Below are positions 42,796 through 55,741 of a DNA stretch of 64,000 nt, in pieces; the first letter of the stretch is position 1, and every line of letters begins with the position of its first letter. A program made the translations under genes and the position numbers. The stretch lies in assembly GCA_951406725.2 (NCBI GenBank), contig OX597825.1, positions 59,706,001 through 59,770,000 of the forward strand. Direction: 5' to 3'. The notes beneath the pieces were generated by a model. That model was not told where the DNA came from. It ran no database searches and worked only from the letters and a program-made list of their open reading frames with translations. The stretch is from Octopus vulgaris (taxonomy: Eukaryota).

Positions 42796-42833
42796 ATATA
42801 TGCATATATATATATATATATGTGTATAAATAA

Positions 42834-42909
<76 letters not shown>

Positions 42910-42911
<2 letters not shown>

Positions 42912-43381
42912 ATCAATATAAGGGTAACAAAAAATTCAAGAAAAATTTTCTGCTACCAGCGGTCAAGTGAGAAAATAGAAATAGTCACAGACTATATGAT
43001 ACATTCAACAAAATATTAAGGAATGACCCTGAGAAGGTCGTTCGACTCACTTGAAAAGAGCAGCTAAAACTCAAAACCGCAAAAAATAGTAGTAATTCTG
43101 AAACTAGAGGAAAATAAAAAAACATTTATCCCCTTCAAACTTTGTACCCTCAAGGTGCAAGGTTTCAACATCTTCACGGGGATAATCAGCGTGACACAAA
43201 TTTAATTAAATTTGATTGCGTGAAGATGTTGAAACCTTGCAGGGTACAAAGTTTGAAGGGGATAAATGTTTTTTATTTTCCTCTAGTTTCAGAATTACTA
43301 CTATTTTTGGCGGTTTTGAGTTTTAGCTGCTCTTTTCAAGTGAGTCGAACAACCTTCTCAGGGTTATTCCTTAATATTTTG

Positions 43382-43387
<6 letters not shown>
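42910..43387. mobile_element. TA-flanked fold-back element (~170-bp inverted arms)
   Basis: Arms 43003-43178 and 43219-43387; body homologous to 63720-63945; TA runs on both sides. Confidence 0.85.
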
Positions 43388-43442
<55 letters not shown>

Positions 43443-44451
43443 TATATATATAATAAATTTCTGAATGACGCATACACATTACCTCCATGACATCGTGAAG
43501 TATATTTGCCACTTAAATGTGGCTAACACTTAAGGGTGGATGCTACTGTAGCTTGTAGCCCCATAGAGAAAGTTTAATCTTTTGCCTTAATGTTACGTTT
43601 TACATGTGCTAATAAAATAATATTTTTCATATTGGTAAGTCATTCGTTATAGAATTAAGCTGTCTGTTCGTTCTTAACCTACCAAAATAAGCACGTGGGT
43701 TTGTAGTTACATCTGTGATCTATAAGCTTTCGTTTTCCATGCGGTAGCTTTAACTGATGGATATAAACCACGAAATATCGGGAAAAGGTAGATCAAGTTG
43801 AATGATATTGAACTAGAAATAATATACATGAGATAGAATTTCTTTGAATACAGTTCTATGTCATTACAGTGTTATGGAGTAAATAAATGTTATACAAACG
43901 TTTGATATTAAAAGCTTTGTCATTCGTTAAATTGGACGACTGCTTTTATAATAAAAACGGAAATCTGTAACACGATATAACACTCTCACTGTTTTAGCAG
44001 GGAAAATTTGGAATTCCTTCTGCCAGATACGTCCGTCTGAAATTGCTTTTTGAAGTAACAGAATGTAAAAATGAAAATCAGCGAGAATACACACACACAC
44101 AAATGCACAGACAAGCACACACACGCACGTACACACACACAACTACACACATACCTACACACACACACACACACAAATATATATGCATGCTTACCGTTGT
44201 GAAAGGTGTAATCTTTTGTCGAACAGACAAATTTCCCAAAGATAGGTGTTACAAATAAGAGGTGGATCGCTAGGCACGATATTTTAAAGTCATTCTGTCT
44301 CCTCTGCAACAAGTACCTCGGGCTTGCTAAACCAAAAATTCTCGTTCCGATATAGAAATTTACAAAGCATTTACTGATATTTCGCAAAGCTATCCTAACT
44401 AGAGTTTAATTAATAAGCATACATGCATCCGCACGTACGCATCCTCCCCAC

Positions 44452-44508
<57 letters not shown>

Positions 44509-44648
44509 TACATACGTATATGCATATATCTATCTATATATACCACCATAGTTTTATATATATATATATATATATATACGTACACACACAGACATACACA
44601 TGCAGACACAGACACAGACACACATACGCACACACACACACACACATG

Positions 44649-44686
<38 letters not shown>

Positions 44687-44689
44687 AAT

Positions 44690-45237
44690 ATCAAGGTATG
44701 ATGAAAAAATGATCGAAATTGGTGCTATAAAAATGAAACTATAACACAGTTCAATATGGTAAGTATGCTTCTTCGAAGTAGTCCCCTTCTGAAGTGACAC
44801 ACTTTAACCAACGTCGACTCCGCTGATGGAAGCATTCCTGAACTCCTTTAGGGTATAGCGAATAGCTGTATTTCCACATTCTCTTGAATTTCTATGACGT
44901 ATTGAAATCTTGTCCGTTTCAAGAGATATTCCATTCAGTCCTTTGTTTGGGTCGTAACCATAGACATACAAATTGTCACCTGTTATGACCGTTTTGAAAA
45001 AGTTTCGACTCAACCAAGGGGATATTACACAGCTAAAACCCAACCTTCTTTCGGAGATGACCAGACGCGACATACTTTCGTTTCAAGCACTGTTATAGAT
45101 AAAGGTGGATGAGAAGGTAATTCCCTCGTAGGCATGCGTGACAAAGTCCAAGGTCAATCTCAGACAAGCGGCCTCACTCACCGTACTTTACCTCCATTAC
45201 CATAGCAAGTCCTGATACTTATTGATCAGACCTCGTA
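44690..45237 (-). mobile_element. Internally deleted mariner remnant
   Basis: Minus-strand VITGDNLYVYGYDP and RWLKCVTSEGDYFE; end gatcagacctcgta. Confidence 0.78.
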
Positions 45238-45242
45238 ATATA

Positions 45243-45292
<50 letters not shown>

Positions 45293-45312
45293 CGTGTGTG
45301 CGTGTATAAAAA

Positions 45313-45634
45313 ACACTCCGCCGGTTACGACGACGAGGGTCCCAGCTGATACGATCAACGGAACAGCTTGCTCGTGAAATTAACGTGCAAATGACTGAGC
45401 ATTCCACAGACACGTGTACCCTTAACGTAGTTCTCGGGGATAATCAGCGTGACACAGAGAGTGACAAGGCTGACCCTTTGAAATCCAAGTACAACTCATT
45501 TTTGCCAGCTGAGTGGACTGGAGCAACGTGAAATAAAGTGTCTTGCTCAAGGACACAACGCGTCGCCGGGAATCGAACTCACAACCTTACGATCATGAGC
45601 CGAATGCCCTAACCACTAAGCCACTCGCCCTCAC
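45313..45634 (-). mobile_element. SINE group C (second head type), well preserved
   Basis: Minus-strand tggcttagtggttagggcattcggc..gagttcgattccc, gtgtccttgagcaagacacttt, group C tail. Confidence 0.9.
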
Positions 45635-46377
45635 GTGCGTGTATATATATATGTATGTACACACATTCATACACATACACATATGGATAGTTTGTTTTGT
45701 TAAAATTATTAATTAAGGACTGGATTATAGTATTCAAATACATTGGGAATTTTTAAAACCAAACTTTCGATTACTGTTACATTTATTCTTCCAGTAGTTA
45801 GTCCCCACTCCAGAAAAGTTTCTCTTTTGTTTTCTCCAGTGTGAAATCTTTAGATGACGTCATATTAAACAGTTAATTATAATTACAGGATAGGAATTTG
45901 CTGACATATCATAACTTGGTTCTAATAGAAATTTTATTACTAAATACCTTACAATATGCAGTCTGGTCTCCATAAATCCCAAGTTTATATTTGGCCAGGT
46001 CATCATGACTTTTATCTCGCCAAGGTTCATAAAATTTATTCTAGTATCATAGCAGAGTCGATATGGGTGATCAAACTGATCAATTTCAACAAATGGTCTG
46101 TGGCTAATTAATAAATCTAATTATTTAATTTAATTATTATGGTATCATTACTGCAGACTGCACATGCGCTTCCTTAGAAGTTCTTTTATATTTATCAATC
46201 ATGAAGTTCCAAACGAATCAATCTGCTTTGCAATTCTTTGACTTGGGCGTGACAACACTCACACAGTTCACTGAGGCCGTCATCCAAGCACGTGGGTTTG
46301 TAGTTACATCTGTGATCTATACATTTCGCAATTACATTAAGTTTTAACGCATAATCTAGTAGTGAACAAAGACTACA

Positions 46378-47011
46378 TGTTCTATAGTTTATTACCATTA
46401 ACTTCAGATGCAAACAAAAATTGTATGGAAACTCTTCGTTTTAAAACTGGCTATTTTTATTCACAAAACAGTCAATTTAGGAAAAAAAATATGTATCCTC
46501 TGTTTAATGTTACAATAGCTTCAAAATACGTAATCATCGCTGATGTTATTTACAAATCATTGCTTCTCTTAATAAACATATAACTAAACTTTCCAGTAAC
46601 AATCTATTCCCGTGAACTAACAAAGACACTTCTAGGTGGCAGAGTAATTTGTTAGAAATAGCAGCAACATTCCTCTCGCTTCCCACTCGGCTATCTTAAA
46701 TCAAAGTCAGAATGCATCCGATATTGTAGTCTGAAATAAATACATCTGACTAAATAAGCTGGTGACCATGACTACAATATCATTGCTTATATGTTTACGT
46801 CACAGGATTTATATTATACATTGAAAAAGCAGTATATGTTATATAGTTCACTAACATTAACTTCAGATGCAAACACAGATACATAAATTGTATGAAAAAT
46901 ATTTCTGGGAAAAATCGCTATTTTTATTCACAACTACAGTCAATTAAGGAAAAAAAAAAAAAACGTATTCTCGGTTTAATGTTACAATAACTACAATATA
47001 TATAATTACTG
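46378..47011 (+). repeat. Old dispersed duplication (46378-46540 vs 46837-47011)
   Basis: Shared cattaacttcagatgcaaac, gctatttttattcacaa, cagtcaatt, gtttaatgttacaata. Confidence 0.8.
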
Positions 47012-47357
47012 CCTGTGTAGCTATTGGTTGTTATATTTATAATTCTGTTGGGTATTTGCTATATCACTGCCTGAAGAAACATTGAAAATGTATATATCGT
47101 TGACAGTGAGAATCAGTGGCAGACGTCGCTACCGGATGTCTGCCACTTAAGAAAACAGGCAGGGCAAAATAACGTAGTCTGGCAATACCGGCGCCCGTAG
47201 CAGAAGATTCTCATCTGCCAACGGTATAAATATGAGTACTATTATGCAACAGGAGTCCATATGAGAAAACTCTCTAAGCATATAATGCAGTATTCTGTGT
47301 TCTAACACAAACATCCACATTGAGTTGGAAATAAGGGATACTTCTGCCGCTACTAAG

Positions 47358-47415
<58 letters not shown>

Positions 47416-47424
<9 letters not shown>

Positions 47425-47696
47425 TAAGGGTAGAAATTGATATTTATCAATTAAAACCAGTGGTCTAGCATATTAAAAAAGAATCCGAAGATTAAAATAT
47501 TTATATATACCAATTAAGGACTGAACACGAAAAGTAGACAGTCAACATGCTAGATATAGACGTCAAATCGCCATTCTCCACAAAAGATTATGTTCTCAAA
47601 TCAAACATAATCTTTTGTGGAGAATGGCGATTTGACATCTATATCTAGCATGTTGACTGTCCACTTTTCGTGTTCAGTCCTTAATTGGTATATATA
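47416..47696. mobile_element. TA-flanked fold-back element (93-bp arms, 9-nt loop)
   Basis: Arms 47502-47594 and 47604-47696 with two mismatches; TA runs on both sides. Confidence 0.85.
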
Positions 47697-47713
47697 TATA
47701 TATATATATATAT

Positions 47714-47790
<77 letters not shown>

Positions 47791-49156
47791 TCTGTGTAAT
47801 ATCTGTATCTATATCAATCAATCAATCAATTTATCTATCTATCTACCTATCTATCTTTTTCTCTCTCTCTCTTTATATATGTTGCGACGAAATCTCTTAC
47901 TGAACTGACTCGAAACCTCCACAAAGTATATTTTATAAACTGTCTGACCAAACGAAACCTACTGGATGTAATTGATTCCCTCGTTTACGAAATAGAGAAT
48001 CATCATGTACCTCATCAACTTGCTAGTGGATTTGCTTTGGCTGGCCATTTTTGCCAGCGAAAAACAGATACTCCACTCACACAAGTTAATCTATAAACAG
48101 TCTAGAACCCTTCATAAGTTTCTACAGCATTTTTGTCCACTTCAACACAAACTTTTATCGTGTACCGGGCTTCCACATTATCTTCAAGTCCCGATTGCAT
48201 TCCGCAAACAAGTCAGCTGTGACAAATAGTGTTTAGTAAGTAGTGTTTAAAGTGTTGTTACAGCTGTCTTCTTTAGCCTAGAATAACAAAATTCGCATAT
48301 CAGCTTACTAGACGCATAATAATATACTTAAATTACTATAATCTAGAACAGTTATAACTGCCTCACCTAAAAAGTACCAAGATTTCTCAAATGCAACTCG
48401 TGTATTAAAACAGTTTATTCTTTAATGAATATAAGCTCTTCGATAGAATCAGTCGTTGTTGTTTGTTTCTAATACTCTCCAGGGAGCAAATATTATGAAT
48501 ACAAGATATTTCCTATAATTTATTCACGCACATAGCTGTGTTTAAGATGTAATATAATAACAAATAATGGTACAGTAGTACTGTTAATGTAATCTACGAA
48601 CACTATTGTAAAACACACAATTTATTATTCATGAAAAATTATCATCCTTTTATTAGTGGTTGAATAATTCACAGCATTATATTCGCTATTAGAATTATCA
48701 TATTTATAATTATTTAACAAATTGTCAGAAAAATGTAACCATACACTAAAGAACGAAAAAGCAATTAAAAATTGTAATTACACTTGTACAAAAGCCCAGT
48801 TTATGTGACATATAAATAACTACTGATGCATTAGATTTAGTAGTCAAACAATAATAGTGGTTAATAAATATTCTAAAATATACAGAGCAAGTCATATATG
48901 AATGATAAGCTATAAATCTTAATTACTAGAAGTAAGCAGAATGCTGTAGCATAATCATTCTGTAGTGTATTTAGTTGAATATGTAATAATATACAAACCT
49001 TCATCGCCATAATAGTAATAGTTTCTAGTTGAGGTACAAGGCCAGCAATTTTGAAAGGAGATGACGTATTTTGATACTGTATACCTCTATATTTGACTGG
49101 CATTTTACTTTACGATTTCGAGTGAACGTCAAAGTTGACCATGGCATAATTTTTAC

Positions 49157-49166
49157 ATCTATCTAT

Positions 49167-49238
<72 letters not shown>

Positions 49239-49352
49239 ATATCTATCTATCTATCTATCTGTCTATCTATCTATTAATTTATTTGCCTGTTTGTCTACCT
49301 GTCCGTGAGTATGCATGCATGCATGCATCCATGCATCCATTCATCCATCCAC

Positions 49353-49405
<53 letters not shown>

Positions 49406-49410
49406 CATCC

Positions 49411-49443
<33 letters not shown>

Positions 49444-49560
49444 CCTATCTACCTATCTACCAATCTACCTATCTATTAATTTATTTGCCTGTTTGTCTAC
49501 CTGTCCGTGAGTATGCATCCATGCATCCATGCATCCATCCATCCATCCACCTATCTATCC

Positions 49561-49644
<84 letters not shown>

Positions 49645-49645
49645 G
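49157..49645. repeat. (TATC)n region with a duplicated unique spacer
   Basis: ctattaatttatttgcctgtttgtctacctgtccgtgagtatgcat occurs at ~49271 and ~49473. Confidence 0.9.
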
Positions 49646-49699
49646 TCTGGTTTAAATGTCTTTTGTGTTCCTATGTTTCGCCTCTTATACATCATTTTG

Positions 49700-51885
49700 T
49701 CTATTCTTTTTGTTACTACTCCGACTTCTCAACTTTATCTTCTGTTGTGTGGACGCCTCTAGACGATGAAGTAGGCTAGCCCAATACGTAGATATAGAGG
49801 GAGAAGTCTAGACGTCAGAGTTGAGTAGAGGTCATTCGAATGTGCGATATAACATTTTCCATTTTTATATATTTTGAAAAACACATAGACACAGATATTA
49901 CTGTTTTCCCTATTTGTTTTTCTGACTGGTAGCAGCTTGTCAAAATTTGACTTTGTTCTTCGAGAAAACACTAGTCCCGCAGGCGACTTGCCTGAACAAG
50001 TGTTTGGTTTTTGTGTTATCCTCTAAACCCTCAAGAACTGTGTCAATGCTGTGTCATCAGCCAGGTCGTTTCTTGATTTGTTTAATCTTCTTTTAAATGT
50101 ATCCACGAACCGTTCCGCTTGATTGTTTGTTCTTGAGTCATTTGGCGGAGAAGAGATGTGTTCAGTTGCATACATTTTGCAAAAATCTTAAAACTCAAAC
50201 GCCGTAAATTGCGTTCCGTTATCGGATTCTATGGTGTCCGGGGCACAATATCTTGTTAACGTGGAGGTTGGTTTCCTATGTCTACATATTTCCGGCCACT
50301 TAGTATGACTATCACCTTCAATCAGGTAATATGCGCCATTTACTTGTCCAACAAAACCTATACACAGTCTAATCTATGGACTGCCAGTTTTAGACCACGG
50401 TTGGAATTTACCGTTGGTGACTTGGCTGCAGGGGCACAACTTCTACAAGATTTCACCGGCCCATTCTAGGCCAATATACGTAAGTTCTCAAACGTTATTT
50501 CATTCTCAAGATCCTGGGGTGATCAATATGAAAATCCATTAATAAACGCTTTTGTAGTGTGGCTGGCACTACGACTCTTTGTGCATTCACCAATACGTTG
50601 TCGCACAGTGAGAAGTAGTTCGTATTTGTGTTGCTCATATTTGCATTTTTTTGACCTGCAGTGTTTCTTTCATTTTTATAATGAATCTATCGTGCTCCGA
50701 CTTTGATTTTCTGTCTGGTAAAGTAAATGGTAGTTCACGAATGACGTTACACAGAACAATTTTAATTTCATTTTCCTCTCTCAAAGCTGCAATTACCGTG
50801 TCTTCGAATAGTTCCGAATTAAAAAAAAAATCAGTCTTTATAGGCAATCCGCATGGCCTAATTCCTAGGATGGTATACACTCTATCTTGAAGTCGTAGTT
50901 TAATGATATTATAGCCCAGCGTTTTTTCGACTCAAATATCGATAACAACGGTCAGTGGTCAGTCTGTAGCCAACAACTTCTACTGTGCAAAAATCTGTGA
51001 AATCTTTTCAGTAAAAAATGATCGCTAGAGCTTCTTTTTTGATTTGACTATATTTTGTCTCTGCTGATATCAGAGAACATGAGGCATGAACCACTGCCTT
51101 CATGTTACCATATTTATACCTATGTAGCATTACTGCTCCTATACTGTTATCAAAAGCATCTGAAGATACAAAAATCTCCGTTGCAGGATCGAATTAAGCA
51201 AACGAAACAGGTATTAATATCTCTCTAATTTCGTCAAACGCGTTTTGACAATTTTCTAGCCAATTCCCTTTTATATCTTTTTTCGGGAAAATTATTCAGT
51301 GGAGACTTAACCTTATGCATATTTGGCACATAATTTTGATAATAATTTGTCAGTCCTAAAATTGCTTGTAAGGTTACTTATTAGTCGGACGAGCCATATT
51401 TTTAATTGCGTCTGCCCTCGACGGGTTTGATCTTCGTCCATTTCTGTCAATAGTTCGTCCCAAATATCTTTTTTTCCGTAACAAAATTCACACATTTCTT
51501 CACTCAAAGTAAAGACATAATCCATAATGTTTTCAAATACAATTTACGTGCGGAACGTGCCGATCCCTGGATTCACTTTTAATGAGTATATCATTCAGAT
51601 ATTAAATTGCGAATTCACAGTCAGCTAACATTGCATCCATAATCTGTTGAAGAATCGCTGGTGCCGAATTGTAGCCTGTTATATTTATGTGTGTTGGCTG
51701 TTAGGTATCTCGAGCATTCATCGTCTACTCTAATTTGTTGGTACGCGCCAGAAATATCCAGCTTAGGTAATATCTTTCCACTGTTTAACTACGCAAAAAT
51801 ATCCTCCGGAGTAGATAGCAGATAGTGGCATGTCTTAAGACATTCGTTCAAACCAGTGAAAAATTAAGTGCACACAATGATTTTA
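49700..51885 (-). mobile_element. Decayed Ty3/Gypsy pol (RT, RNase H, integrase); no LTR recognised
   Basis: Minus strand: PEDIFA*LNSGKILPKLDISGAYQQI (RT), SDAFDNSIGAV..YSQIKKEALAIIF (RNase H), PDTIESDNGTQF..QAERFVDTFKR (integrase); RT-RH-INT order. Confidence 0.88.
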
Positions 51886-51899
51886 TTATATATATATAT

Positions 51900-52131
51900 T
51901 GTGTGTGTGTCTTTGTTCCCGTGTTTGTCACCCACCAGTGCTTGACAACCGGTGTTGACAACCAGATGATAAAGTAAGTCCCTGTAACTTAGCGGTGCAG
52001 CAGAAGAGACCGATTGAATAAGTACTAGGCGTTAAAAAACAAGTCCCGGTCCGGTTTGTTCGATTAAAACCACCCTTCAAGGCAGTGCTCTAGCTACAGT
52101 CAAATGACGGAAAGAAGTAAAAGAATAAAAG
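51900..52131 (+). mobile_element. SINE group B 3' half
   Basis: gcttgacaaccggtg..gtaacttagcgg..gagaccga..aataagtactaggc..cagtcaaatgacggaaagaagtaaaagaataaaa. Confidence 0.78.
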
Positions 52132-53139
52132 ATATACATATACATAGATATATATGTATTTTTTTACATGTTTGGCTGAAGTAACAGAGTGACTCAAGAG
52201 CCAAGAGTTTCGTCTGTTAGCACTTAACAAAATTAATTTGATAACTGCTAATGCACGATATCCTCGGCCCCTGAGTTACCCTGTTACTTCTACCAAATAT
52301 AAAGATACATGTCTTCAGTACTATTTTCTGGTTGTGTGTGTGTGTGTATTATGTATGTATGTAATGTGTATGCTTCTGTGTATGCATGTACGTATATATG
52401 TGGGTGCATTTATTTAGTTTCCATTTTATAAATTATTTTAGGCATTTCAGTTCATGTCCTATCACAACCTTTTTGAAATTAAAATTAAGATTCATAGCTG
52501 AAAAGCAGCATTTAACCAGAAATATGACGTGTTTACTTTTCGTTTACCTTTCAGCGGATCGTTATTTTTCTGATGCTGGTTGTAGGTTAGAATGTTAGTA
52601 GCTAATGATTATGCTGTTATCGAAAGACTTGAGAAAGCAAAAAAAGTAATGGTAACGATGTTTGACATTACAGCAGTTGCTAACGAGGTGGTAACGTAAG
52701 CCATAAATGTCTTCACTATATCTCTTTCTGTTTTAGACTCTCGCGGTTATGTACCTGACCACGATTGCTTGTATGTCCATCTAAATTGTAGGGTTTCATT
52801 ATTTTATGTTGATAATGAAGTATATATAAATATATGTGTATTTGCGTGACTTATTGTCAATAAAAAATATGGAAATATTAAAAGAATCATGTAAATTTTA
52901 AAAGTACAGAATAAAATCTAATTTCTATATCACTTTCCATTTTTTTACTATTGACAGCATCTTTTTTATAATATTAGGAGGTGGAAATTCAAAGAGAAGT
53001 TGTTATTTAACTCTACCTAAGTCCTGAGCGAGCAACTCTGGGTTTAAAGGTAACTAACGTCTTCTTATATACAACTTTAAATGACCATTAGTTTTCAAAT
53101 ATCTCGAACAAACTTCATTATAATCCCATTTCATCTACA

Positions 53140-53268
53140 AAAATCTTTTCTACTCAAGGTAGAAGGTCCAGAATCTTTGGGGGAGGGGCCAGTCGATTAG
53201 ATCGACTCCAGTAGGCAACCGGTACTTAATTTATTGATCCCGAAAGAATAAATGGTAAAGTCGACCTC
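53140..53268 (-). mobile_element. SINE group A fragment
   Basis: ggggccagtcgattagatcgac..ggtacttaatttattgatcccgaaag..aaagtcgacctc. Confidence 0.75.
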
Positions 53269-54839
53269 TTTTATCTAGAATAACGTGGTACGTCAAACAA
53301 GACGTAACTGCATTTCTACCCAAATTATTTATGAAAGAAAAAAAACTTTTAGTGTATTTAAGCATTTTACGCCTTGGGTTCTTGGATGCTATTTTAAAAT
53401 TTTACATTATTGTTTATAAAGAAAGTTACATTCATAAAGCAAAGTTTTATATAGCATGAAAAAATCCGGCGTTTAGAAGGAATTTAGAATTCAAGTAACG
53501 TACTTAACATGTTGATAGTACCTGGTAGTGGTTATGAATGAAGTGCAGAAAAGAAGGATTTTAAAGAGTGTCATTTACAATTAACGTATCCTGCAAAAAT
53601 ACATTTAAAGCTGCTTAGCTATAGTAAAAAAAGATATATTATAGAGAATGCAAGCTCCCTGTGTTTTCTATTCAGTATAAAGCACGAGATCAGCATTGCA
53701 GAAGACGGCCTTTCTAATTAAAAGATCATACCTGAATACTGTACAAGAAAAAACGGCTTAGATATTAAGGATTTCTTTTTAGAAAAATGCATCATAGCAA
53801 GCTTTATTCTATTGAGCGCAATACAGAAGACCAGCATGATTGAAAAATTCCTTTTACAACTAATATATGCAGTAACCATGAATGCATGCAAAGCATACAT
53901 AGATGTTACATCAAAAAAACTGCAGATTTAGTCTTATTCAGCAAGAAGTGAAAAAAGACGTTTATACTCTTCTAAAGCAAATTTAATCTTATGTAACACT
54001 TAAAAGTTCTGCCTCGTCATCAAACCTAAGAATATTGTGAACGCTATTGTTTATAGAAATTGAACAGTTGCTTATCACAGCCTACGAATAAAGCACATTC
54101 ATTTCAATGTGTATTACTACTGATTCCACACTTTTTAAAAGAAATATTTCAGCACCATTACTGCAGTTCTATTATCCCATAATTTCTTCACCCATAGATG
54201 TACTTGTATTAAGGCGGATCGACTCACACTTCCTGATGGTGTTCTTTTGCTTTACTGGTACATTTATCCATATAATTATTCGAATCTTCTGCCTGTAAAT
54301 GACTTCAACTGAATATGCAGTGAAAGGTTTCTTAAGAGCCCACCAGAAGCCCGACTCATACTTTTGTTATTATTTTCTGTTTTTTAAAAAATATTTTGTT
54401 GCATAATATCACGGACCAACATGCCCTCTGGTAATTTTTGTCGTTCGGTTGAGTTGGATAAAATTTCCTTTTAAATATTAAGAAATAAAAGTAACTTTTT
54501 TGCTATCAGAAGAATAGGTCAGAGATACTACGTAGAGTATATTCCATCGGAAGTTACAGTAACTTTAAAGAGTTAGATGCGTATGAGCGATCATCCAATA
54601 TAACCCTCATATAATCTAATAGTCATATTTACAGCGATGTAATTGAATTTGAATAAATAATATTATTTATCAAATTAATTGTTTCTAATTTAGGCAAGCA
54701 TTTCTGTGAGGAGGAGTGTTAGTCAGTTGCATCAAATCCCGTACACCTTTGGTATATTTAATTGGAAGAATGAAGGGCAAAAATGACATTGGCAGTATTT
54801 GAACACAGAAGGTAAATAACATGAATAAATACGCAAGCT

Positions 54840-55490
54840 GACAAGGACAGGACTACAGGAATTATAGAAAAACTAAAGATCTGGTCAAAATGTACAACAC
54901 ACACTGATGTAATATCAACAGGCTCTACATATCCAGAAAGGAAGGAGACAGAACGCAGACGAAACCATTAGTGCTGTGAAGTTGTGTTTGGAAAACTACG
55001 TTGTACATAGTGGAGAATTAATACTACTGCGGTCACAAATGTCCAAGATACTACTGAAACAAGATGAGAAGGAAAACAACAGAGTAAGTAGCTTGCAAGA
55101 GAAGGAATTACAACAAACCGATGGTGTTTGGAAATAAAGAAAGCTGGTTATCCCTAATGGACGGAAACTTGAAACGAGAAAACGAAGCGTCAATTAAAAG
55201 CCATCAGGAATAAGCCATTAGGAGAAATTTAGTAAAGGCAGTGATTGATAAAACTGAATTAGAGAACAGATGCAGAATCCATGGGAAAGGAAAAAGTAGT
55301 AAACATAGCTTAAGTAAATGTAGTAAGCTAACATAAAAAGAGTATAAGTGCAAGCATAACTCTGTTGGTGAAAAAAGTGCATTGGGATAATGAACGAGTG
55401 TGTGAATTCATAGTAGTAGAAAAGTGATATGAACATGAGCACGACGCTGTGATACAGAAAGATAATTACAGGACTTTATGGGATATCCCC
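54840..55490 (+). mobile_element. Heavily decayed R4/Dong-like retrotransposon fragment
   Basis: Remnants YISRKEG, NRCRIHGK, EK*YEHEHDAVIQKDNYRTLWDIP are colinear with LYIQRIEGG, NCRICG, WYRHTPEKVTENEKATILWDMP of the element at 1-2556. Confidence 0.6.
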
Positions 55491-55502
55491 AATGTGAATA
55501 TT

Positions 55503-55741
55503 TATTTCTTTATTTATCCCCTCTATGTTTATCCCCACTAAACATAGAGGGGATAAACAAGAATAGACAAAGGGATTAAGTCGATTACATCGACCCCAGT
55601 TCGTAATTGGTACTTACTTAATCGACCCAGAAAGGATGAAAGGCAAAGCCGACATCGGTGGAATTTGAACTCAGAACGTAGCGGCTGACGAAATGCCGCT
55701 AAGCATTTTGCCGGTGAGCTAACGACTGTGCCAGCTCGCCA
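55503..55741 (-). mobile_element. SINE group A, full length with 15-bp TSD
   Basis: TSD cccaatgtgaatatt at 55488-55502 and 55742-55756; head ends gccagctcgcc. Confidence 0.9.

Noticed and set aside
45560-45634. tRNA gene
   Set aside because: tRNA-like head continuous with a SINE body; the same applies to 5897, 28820 and 59495
47900-48405. Possible additional Tc1/mariner-like remnant
   Set aside because: Could not identify paired TIRs or a transposase motif with confidence
54228-54292. Possible 65-nt minus-strand exon (tttacag..gtgagt; AEDSNNYMDKCTSKAKEHHQE)
   Set aside because: Splice-like signals only; no recognisable homology or neighbouring exons; needs RNA-seq
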